Part shown: in pieces, positions 57,337-64,000 of the stretch | Numbering within the stretch: position 1 is the first letter of the stretch | Layout of the letters: every line of letters starts with the position of its first letter | Origin: a virus | Strand: one strand, 5' to 3' | IMG/VR virus record: IMGVR_UViG_3300036834_000231 | Span: 1 to 64,000 of that record | DNA: 64,000 bases | Made by a program: the position numbers and the translations under genes | Notes under the pieces: generated by a model | Database searches by the model: none | What the model was told of the DNA's origin: nothing | The model's input: only the letters and a program-made list of their open reading frames with translations

Positions 57337-57363
57337 CCTGCTCAGTGGCGAAATGACTGAGAC
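57337..57363. repeat. palindromic 27-bp element, copy 1 (copy 2 at 58691-58717)
   Basis: CCTGCTCAGTGGCRARATGACTGAGAC with CTCAGT-N9-ACTGAG inverted repeat. Confidence 0.7.
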
Positions 57364-57573
57364 CTGTGCCAGGCATGACTATCGAGGCCGAAACGGAAGA
57401 AAAGGAGAAGGAGATAGGGATGGGTGGTAAGGGATAGGCGCATTACTTTGTGAGGTGGCGACCGCTGCCGGCCACGAGTGCGAAGACGATCCCGACGCCG
57501 CCGAAAACTTTGTGGAATGAGAGTTGCAAGCTATACGTGATTCACGTTATTACTGTGGTGTAAACTGATTATC

Positions 57574-57822
57574 GTGACCTGGGTGAATGTGTGGGGACCG
57601 GCGCTCATCGTGTGCTTGACCGCTTTTATGGGCTTTCTTTGGGGGAACGGGCGCGTCAAGGACTTGAAGGAAGACGTGATCCGGCACATCGACGGACTGG
57701 AAAAGCGTCTCACCGACAAAATCGACGCGGTGGAAAAGCGTCTCGACGACAAAATCGACGGCGTAGAGAAGCGTTTGACCGACCGCATGGAGCGGTTAGA
57801 GCATCCGATCTACCGGCCTTAA
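57574..57822 (+). CDS. membrane-anchored coiled-coil protein
   Basis: WGPALIVC TM helix; three 11-aa ID.VEKRL.DK repeats. Confidence 0.75.
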   Translation: MTWVNVWGPALIVCLTAFMGFLWGNGRVKDLKEDVIRHIDGLEKRLTDKIDAVEKRLDDKIDGVEKRLTDRMERLEHPIYRP

Positions 57823-57873
57823 CATCTCCCCATCGCCCCTTTACTGCGTCACGCTTGGCATATCCACTCGCTC

Positions 57874-57980
57874 GGGCGGAAGTAATTGGTTTGATTGCTG
57901 CCTATTCGAAGAACCAAAAGGAGAACCTGACGGATGCCGACAAAAAAGCGCTCCACCGTATCGTCGAAAGCTTCCAGTAA
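57874..57980 (+). pseudogene. 3' remnant of a RelE/HigB toxin
   Basis: LIAAYSKNQKENLTDADKKAL is the typical RelE/HigB C-terminus; the N-terminal part is missing. Confidence 0.6.
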
Positions 57981-58302
57981 GCGGGCTGATGGAAACAGCA
58001 AAAGGACGAGCCTCGGAAAGCACATTGAGGAAGGCTTGGAAGAATTTGCCGGGCACCTGCGCGGTGAAAAGAAACTGCGGACACGGGTGATTCACGTGCC
58101 GGATGCCGTCAATGTCCGGACGATTCGAGAACAGACGGGACTTTCACAGAGCGAGTTCGCGGACAACTACGGTTTTAACCCGAGAACGTTACAGGAGTGG
58201 GAACAGGGGAGAGCGAAACCGGATGGGGCGATTCGCGCTTATCTAACTGTAATCTCTAAGAATCCGGCCGCAGTAGAAAATGCTCTTAAGAAAGCGAGCT
58301 AG
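57934..58302 (+). CDS. HigA-like XRE/HTH antitoxin (start uncertain)
   Basis: VR.IRE.TGLSQSEFA..YG...RTLQEWEQGR.KPDG..RAYL.VI..NP.AV. Confidence 0.85.
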   Translation: MPTKKRSTVSSKASSKRADGNSKRTSLGKHIEEGLEEFAGHLRGEKKLRTRVIHVPDAVNVRTIREQTGLSQSEFADNYGFNPRTLQEWEQGRAKPDGAIRAYLTVISKNPAAVENALKKAS

Positions 58303-58383
58303 AGCGGAGGATGAGCGGGGGCGGCCGCTGGGGGAGTGCCGGCACGAGTGCGAGGATGGCGGGGAGTTGGATATCGTGGGGAT

Positions 58384-58680
58384 ATGACGGGACCGAACTC
58401 AGAAGCTTTGCAGGTGTTTTACGGGACGTTGCCTTTGATAGGGGCGGCGGTATTGGCGGTATGGACGAACAATTACCGATTAGGGGAGTTGAGCAAGCGG
58501 CTGGACGATGGGTTGGCGGGGGTGAATAAGCGGCTGGATGATAGTTTGGGCGCGGTGAATAAGCGGCTGGATGACGGGCAGGGGGCGTTGCAGGCGTTTC
58601 GGGCGGACGTGCGGCAGGATTTTAAGGAGGTAAAGGAGCGGCTGACGGACCTGGAGAAGAGCGCGCGGTTGGTGAGGTAG
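58384..58680 (+). CDS. membrane-anchored coiled-coil protein
   Basis: TM helix plus KRLDD 11-aa repeats. Confidence 0.7.
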   Translation: MTGPNSEALQVFYGTLPLIGAAVLAVWTNNYRLGELSKRLDDGLAGVNKRLDDSLGAVNKRLDDGQGALQAFRADVRQDFKEVKERLTDLEKSARLVR

Positions 58681-58794
58681 GTTACAAGAGCCTGCTCAGT
58701 GGCAAGATGACTGAGACGGTCGGGATGTGCAGATGTTCCACCAGCTACATGAGGGCGAAAGTAATTGGTTTGATTGGGGACCGGCGGCGGAGGC

Positions 58795-59037
58795 ATGAGC
58801 GAGCTAAACGGCGGCGAGGGCGACAATCGGCGGCGGCTGGACCAGATGGAAGATGTAATTCAGAGCATGATTGCGCTGGTGCTTGAGCAGGGTAAGCTGT
58901 ACGACCGGCAGCACCAGCAGGCAATGGAGGAAATAAGCGAGGTGCGCGGCAGTATTCGGGAACTGTTGGAGTTGCAGAAGGAGCATCGCGTCGACATCAT
59001 GGCGCTGTTTCAGACGCGCAAGCGGGAGGGGCAATGA
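58795..59037 (+). CDS. coiled-coil hypothetical protein
   Basis: RLDQME..LLELQKEHRVDIMALF. Confidence 0.55.
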   Translation: MSELNGGEGDNRRRLDQMEDVIQSMIALVLEQGKLYDRQHQQAMEEISEVRGSIRELLELQKEHRVDIMALFQTRKREGQ

Positions 59038-59177
59038 GCACGAGGAAGAACGCGGCGGCGGTCGCGTTGGGGCGGCGCGGAGGGAAGAACAGCCGGAAGA
59101 ACTTGAGTGAGGAGCAGAAGAGGGAGTTGGGGCAGCGGGCTGCGGCGGCCCGCTGGTCGAAGGAGAAGAAGGGATGA
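59034..59177 (+). CDS. 47-aa basic protein (KNAAAVALGRRGG..AA.ARW family), missing from the ORF track
   Basis: ATGA overlaps at both ends. Confidence 0.7.
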   Translation: MSTRKNAAAVALGRRGGKNSRKNLSEEQKRELGQRAAAARWSKEKKG

Positions 59178-59680
59178 CTCACCTTGCGAAATACCACACG
59201 GAACTGATCGATCACCAGGAGATCCAAAAGCCATTGCCCAAGCGTTTACATGCCATCGTTCAGGCTCGCCTGATCTTTTTCCTTATGCAGTGGGGCGGCC
59301 CCCTGCAAACGCAGGTTCTGTCCGAGCAGAACGTCCTCTGCGGCGCGGATCGGCTGGTTCCGGATATCGCGGTGGTATCGACGGAGGCGCCAGATTACGG
59401 CGGGGATTTGAAAGCCCTAGACGTACTGTTGGCGATTGAGATTGCCTCGCCCGGGCAGAAGTATAACCAGCTCGTTGCGAAGTGCGATCGATTGCATAAG
59501 GGCGGGGCCCGACTGTGTTGGATAGTTCTTCCCGCTGAGCGCCAGGCGTTCATGTACTGGAGAGAGGAAGTGCCGGTCGAGGTCGAGGTGCTACGAATCT
59601 ACAACGGTCGAGCCGGCGATTGCACGATCACAACGGCTGACCTGTTCGCTGGCCTAGAACGCTACGAGGAGACGCTCTGA
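59174..59680 (+). CDS. Uma2/DUF820 family endonuclease
   Basis: H..VQ..VPDIAV..LAIEIASPG..K..G...CWIV.P; paralog of 37278. Confidence 0.85.
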   Translation: MTHLAKYHTELIDHQEIQKPLPKRLHAIVQARLIFFLMQWGGPLQTQVLSEQNVLCGADRLVPDIAVVSTEAPDYGGDLKALDVLLAIEIASPGQKYNQLVAKCDRLHKGGARLCWIVLPAERQAFMYWREEVPVEVEVLRIYNGRAGDCTITTADLFAGLERYEETL

Positions 59681-59878
59681 AGCGGGATGCACACATGCCC
59701 AGACTGCGGCCAGGCCTGCGACTGTGACGGCGAGGACATCTGGATGGAAGATGATCGCGGTATGCCCCTCGAACCGTGCCGGCACAGGTGCGAAGACGAC
59801 GACGAGGAAGGCCCGGAAAAAAATTTGGGGTTAGGGAGGGCGATTTAAGGAAACTGTGGGAGTGCTCTTCTTGCGGTC

Positions 59879-61186
59879 GTGACGACGCGGGAGAGTGAGA
59901 GCGCGCCGGTGGTGGACGCTGACGTCGACGACCGGGAGATATCAGTGAGTTTCGAGATTCTCTGTGGGGGCGCGCTTAAGGTATTGGGGACGCTGGCGGA
60001 GGGGATGGCGCAAACGTGCGTGACGAGCCCCCCGTATTGGGGGCTGCGGGATTACGGCACGGCGACATGGGCGGGCGGGGATGCCGCATGCGACCATGTG
60101 GCGGGCGAGATTCGGAGAGGATTGGGCTTGGCTGCCCTAGGCGAGCAGTATCGCGGTGGCGGTCACAAACAAGCTAAGGTTTCCAAGCTTCAATACGTCG
60201 GGACATGCGGCAAGTGCGGAGCGCGCCGCCTCGATCAGCAGCTCGGCCTCGAGCGGACGCCACAGGAATACATCGCCAACATCGTCGAGATCTTCCGCGA
60301 AGTGCGGCGCGTGCTGAAGGACGATGGCACGTTGTGGCTGGTCCTGGGGGATTGCTACGCGACGGGCGGCGGGAAAGTGGGGAATTGCCCGGGCGGTGGG
60401 GCGCAGGGGGATCGCTGGAAGGGCTTCCGGGGCAATCATCTAGTGGATAGCAAGCGAAACCCCGAGTCAATCCCGCTCGGGCCGATGACGCAGCCGAACC
60501 GCATGCCGCTGCCCGGATTCAAGCCGAAAGACCTCGTGGGCATCCCGTGGCGCGTGGCCCTTGCCCTGCAGGCGGATGGCTGGTGGTTGCGCTCCGACAT
60601 CATTTGGAGTAAGCCGAACCCGATGCCGGAGAGCGTCCGGGACCGGCCGACCAAGGCCCATGAGTACGTGTTTTTGATGGCCAAGCAGGAGCGCTACTAC
60701 TACGACGCGGATGCGATCAAAGAGCCGGGGGTCGCGGATAGCCTTGCCCGCTATGGGCGCGGGCGAAGCACAACGCATAAGTGGGCGAACGGCGGGCCGG
60801 GGAATCAGACGATCGCCAAGAGCTTTGCGCACATGGAGAAAGCCGGCTCGGGCATGCGTAACAAGCGCACCGTTTGGACCATCGCGACGTGTCCCACGCC
60901 CGAGGCGCACTTTGCCACTTATCCGATAGAGTTGGCCGAGCTGTGCATTCTCGCCGGCTGCCCGGCCGGGGGGGTGGTGCTCGATCCGTTCTCGGGCGTG
61001 GCGACCACGGGTCTCGCGGCGCTAAAGCATGGGCGCCGTTACCTCGGCATCGAACTGAATCCCAAGTACGTCGAGATGAGCCACCGACGCGCGCAGAAGT
61101 ATTATCCGCTGCTCGCGGAAGGCCCGGCGTTCGATGGGGAAGCGAGCGCCGTCCGCAAGTTTTTATCGACAGGCAAATTCTCGTAA
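59879..61186 (+). CDS. N4/N6 DNA methyltransferase (beta class) with Cys insertion
   Basis: TSPPYWGLRDY, DIIWSKPNPMPES, HFATYP, VLDPFSG..T, GIELNP. Confidence 0.92.
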   Translation: MTTRESESAPVVDADVDDREISVSFEILCGGALKVLGTLAEGMAQTCVTSPPYWGLRDYGTATWAGGDAACDHVAGEIRRGLGLAALGEQYRGGGHKQAKVSKLQYVGTCGKCGARRLDQQLGLERTPQEYIANIVEIFREVRRVLKDDGTLWLVLGDCYATGGGKVGNCPGGGAQGDRWKGFRGNHLVDSKRNPESIPLGPMTQPNRMPLPGFKPKDLVGIPWRVALALQADGWWLRSDIIWSKPNPMPESVRDRPTKAHEYVFLMAKQERYYYDADAIKEPGVADSLARYGRGRSTTHKWANGGPGNQTIAKSFAHMEKAGSGMRNKRTVWTIATCPTPEAHFATYPIELAELCILAGCPAGGVVLDPFSGVATTGLAALKHGRRYLGIELNPKYVEMSHRRAQKYYPLLAEGPAFDGEASAVRKFLSTGKFS

Positions 61187-61261
61187 AAGACGCTCGCTCA
61201 AAAAAATTTGTGGGGGAAAAAGGGCGATTTTCGGAAACTGTGGGAATGATATCGTGAGGAT

Positions 61262-61519
61262 ATGGCGGCGTCGATTTGGCTGATTTACCGAGCGGCCGCG
61301 GGCGTCGATGGATACCTGGTGCGGCGTTATGACAGTTTGCCGGAGGAAGGGGTCATGCTGCGGCCGGAAGAAGAAGAGGCGGTGGCATATGGGTCGCTGT
61401 CGGAGGCGCGCGCGGCGCTAGAAGGAATGGCGGGGTTGGCGTGCCTGTACCGGCGATTAGAGATGACCGAGGCGGTGTTTCCGCTGCAGTTGATGGAAGC
61501 GTGGGCGCGGAAAGACTGA
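61262..61519 (+). CDS. hypothetical protein
   Basis: Extended -10 six nt upstream; SL.EARA.L..GL..R..E.W motif. Confidence 0.55.
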   Translation: MAASIWLIYRAAAGVDGYLVRRYDSLPEEGVMLRPEEEEAVAYGSLSEARAALEGMAGLACLYRRLEMTEAVFPLQLMEAWARKD

Positions 61520-61523
61520 AGAT

Positions 61524-61757
61524 ATGGGATACCGGCGGGTAGAGGACGTGGTGACGGTGGAACTCGCGGCGGCGGACTTCGCGAAGCTGATGGTGTTGTT
61601 GGGAGAGGCGCTCGCTTTGGGGCACCCGGAATGGACGAAAGAGGAGCGGCGGACGCGGCAGGACGAGATTTTGCGGCTGGTGAATCTGTTGAACGAGGGA
61701 AACGAGCACTGGAGGCCGTACGGGCGGCCCGAGAAGTTGGTTGAGCGAAATGCGTAA
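61524..61757 (+). CDS. hypothetical protein
   Basis: VN.LNEGN..WRPY motif. Confidence 0.5.
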   Translation: MGYRRVEDVVTVELAAADFAKLMVLLGEALALGHPEWTKEERRTRQDEILRLVNLLNEGNEHWRPYGRPEKLVERNA

Positions 61758-61761
61758 CGTC

Positions 61762-61989
61762 TCAGACGTCTTCCTCCTCTCCGCATAGCATCTGGGCGAC
61801 GTCGAGGGCGAGTTCGGCGGCTTCGCGTTTCGTGAGGTGGGGCGGATCTTCGCGCTCCCCGCCGTAGCAGGAGCATTCGCCGAGCTGATGCGCGGCCGAA
61901 CCGACCACCATGCGGAAGAGACATTCCTGGTGAACGCCAGTTTCCGGCGCCGCTTCGCCGCACCACACGCAGAGGAGGTCCGTCGTCAT
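61762..61989 (-). CDS. small Cys/His protein
   Basis: CVWCGE..HQEC.FR...GS.AH..G.CSC.GG..DPP.LT.REAA. Confidence 0.6.
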   Translation of the reverse strand: MTTDLLCVWCGEAAPETGVHQECLFRMVVGSAAHQLGECSCYGGEREDPPHLTKREAAELALDVAQMLCGEEEDV

Positions 61990-62249
61990 ATCACTAGGAT
62001 ATGGTGTGAGAGATGGCTGAGGAACAGACAGAGACGCGCCGCGCGATGAGACCGGGCTGGCCGTACGGGCGGGCGCGGCACATTGGCGGCGGGACGTTGA
62101 TTGTGTTTGCGTTTTACCGCACCCAGGCGGAGGCCGAGGAAGCCATCGCCGCGATCGCGCCAGACGCGCCACGTCAGTTCGTGGTGTTTCTGCCGCATTT
62201 GGCGGCAGAGCCAGCGGTATCACTAGGATATGGTGGTAAAGTTTAACGG

Positions 62250-62591
62250 ATGGCGGTTTACCTCGCGCAGTTGCTCTGTCCGGCGCGCCATACCATCCTC
62301 GCGCTAGCCGAGGAGCGCGGGCCGTTGACCGAAGAGCAGATCAAACAGGAGAATGAGGGGCTCGCGGTATTGCTCTGGAAGATGAAAGGCAAGCTGCGGC
62401 TGTCGCTCAATCCCTGGTGCGCGCTGTGCGGGGCAAAGGAGGCAACGTGGCACGTCGAAGTCGGACGGACCAAATTCCAGACGAAACAGGAAGCCGATCG
62501 GGAGCTCAGCCGGCTGGAACAGGAGCAACTGGACACCCAGCGCACGCTTGTTCAGCGCGGACGGGCCTTCGACAGCCCGGAAAAGAACTGA
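62250..62591 (+). CDS. hypothetical zinc-binding protein
   Basis: Q.LCP.RH.I.A..LNPWC.LCG..T.F.T..EA. Confidence 0.6.
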   Translation: MAVYLAQLLCPARHTILALAEERGPLTEEQIKQENEGLAVLLWKMKGKLRLSLNPWCALCGAKEATWHVEVGRTKFQTKQEADRELSRLEQEQLDTQRTLVQRGRAFDSPEKN

Positions 62592-62854
62592 GCGTCGAGG
62601 AACGGGACATCGAGCTGCGCCCGCCGCTCGAAATCCAGCGCGCCCACGATCTCTTGACAGGCATCCTCCTCGGCCATTGCCCTTGCCCCGAGCGCGTGCA
62701 GGCCGGCCGCCTGCGCGACGCCGCCGACGTCTTGTGCTGGGTCTTAGAGCATCGGCACAATCAAAGGTTCACGATGAATTTGGCAATGCTCGAGGATTTT
62801 CTAAAGGAGAGCGGGTTCGCGCTGGTCGAGGAGCAGGAGAACGGGTAACAGGCT

Positions 62855-63325
62855 ATGGATATCGAGGCCTTGAACGCCATGGGCGAGCGCGCCGTCGCGG
62901 CCGCGATCGAGCAACTCAAGCGTAACGGTAAGTTTCCGCCGCTCTTTCTGGTGGAATCGCCCGCCGGCTGCGATGCCGTGACGGGCCGATCCGAGACCGA
63001 GCAAGGATGGTCTGCGGCGCGCGATGACATGGCCGAGAAGATCCGCGAACTGGTGCGCACCAAAAATGCCTACGCCGTCATCGGTACGACCGATTCGTGG
63101 ATTACCGAACCGCTCAAAGGCGGCAGACGGAGGAGCGCCATCCTGATCCGCATCGAAACGCCGATCTATGAGCGCTCGATCCTCCAGTTCTACTACCGGA
63201 ACGCCGAAGGCGCGATTATCTTGCGCGAGCGCCAACAGACCGATACCCTGGCGAAGGACTTCCGGCCCGGCGTCGGGCGCTTTATGCGCTTCTTTTCGCC
63301 GGTCGAGACGAAGGCGGCGCAGTAA
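62855..63325 (+). CDS. hypothetical protein
   Basis: Protein-like ORF in operon context. Confidence 0.55.
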   Translation: MDIEALNAMGERAVAAAIEQLKRNGKFPPLFLVESPAGCDAVTGRSETEQGWSAARDDMAEKIRELVRTKNAYAVIGTTDSWITEPLKGGRRRSAILIRIETPIYERSILQFYYRNAEGAIILRERQQTDTLAKDFRPGVGRFMRFFSPVETKAAQ

Positions 63326-63650
63326 TTTGCCCGCCAAACGCGAGTCCTGGCATGAATTGGTCCCCGCCACCCGGCGCGAAATGGGCATGCTTGAGGAAAA
63401 ATTGCTCACCCGCGCGTTGGCCTTGGAGACCGCGGTCGCCGGCTTGCGGCAGGAGTTTCAGGCCTTTTCGTCGGAGGAGCGCAAACTCTTGCACGCTTTG
63501 CTGCGCTACGCCGAGGGCGGCCCCGAACACCGCGCCGTTTTGCGTAGGATGCTCCAACTCCTCGATATCCCGGCCGCTTTGCTCGAAAACATCCTCACCC
63601 GTAAGAGGCTCAATGAACCGGAGGGTCTTCGAGAGCCTCAATGACGGATG

Positions 63651-63923
63651 TTAGTGGTGGGCCCGGTCCCATAAGAGGTCTACCCGCGCCGCCAGCTTGT
63701 CCATCTTGCTCTCCAGCCGGTTCGATAGCTCATCGATTTTGCGGTCGAGATTGTTCATCCGCTGTTCGAGCGCGTTGAAGCGCAGGTTCATTTCGTTGCG
63801 CAGCGTGTTCATTTCGTTGCGCAGCGTGTTGATCGCCGTTTCGTTGCGTAGCCAGGTCAATATCACCGCTAGCGTCGGTATGCCGCCGCTGAGCGCGCTC
63901 GTGATCCATTGGTCCGTCGTCAT
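63651..63923 (-). CDS. membrane-anchored coiled-coil protein
   Basis: GIPTLAVI TM helix; exact 21-bp tandem repeat (NTLRNEM x2). Confidence 0.75.
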   Translation of the reverse strand: MTTDQWITSALSGGIPTLAVILTWLRNETAINTLRNEMNTLRNEMNLRFNALEQRMNNLDRKIDELSNRLESKMDKLAARVDLLWDRAHH

Positions 63924-64000
63924 CTGATAGCCCTAGGATATCCTGGACGCATGCCACGCTCGATTATCTGTCCTCGCTGCGGCCGCGAGAGCTTCAATGC

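Noticed and set aside
1-64000. tRNA, rRNA, IS transposases, terminase/capsid genes
   Set aside because: None recognisable by eye; head genes presumably lie outside the window. A tRNAscan/HMM run would be needed to exclude divergent ones

Overview
The whole 64-kb window looks like part of a GC-rich tailed temperate phage. The host is probably an Acidobacteriota-like soil bacterium, inferred only from gene style. 1-15.8 kb is a siphovirus/GTA-like tail operon (2090-aa tape measure with SLT domain, distal tail, hub, NlpC/P60, tail tip, fibres) plus an endolysin. 15.8-24 kb holds RecT, an exonuclease and RusA, a plasmid-type RepA with an iteron array, and a separate DnaB plus lambda-O-like initiator with internal iterons. 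With ParA, an RHH partner, a small resolvase, Ku/ligase and many TA modules, this indicates a phage-plasmid; no integrase is visible. 24-50 kb and 57-64 kb are accessory: DNA modification genes (including a C5 methyltransferase split over two overlapping frames), Tad2- and Acb2/Tad1-like sponges, four Uma2 nucleases and about 8 membrane-anchored coiled-coil paralogs. The most striking features lie outside the ORF track. (i) Two complete hammerhead ribozymes and a duplicated unknown hairpin punctuate a minus-strand small-gene operon at 50-57 kb. (ii) Four 23-25-aa peptide genes with antisense architecture (type I TA-like, beta-hairpin-like peptides) lie at 41.6-47.3 kb. (iii) An 11-bp-periodic GATATC-N5-GATATC-like motif occurs at about 17 gene junctions, including the parA promoter. 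All calls come from reading motifs by eye; no searches were run.
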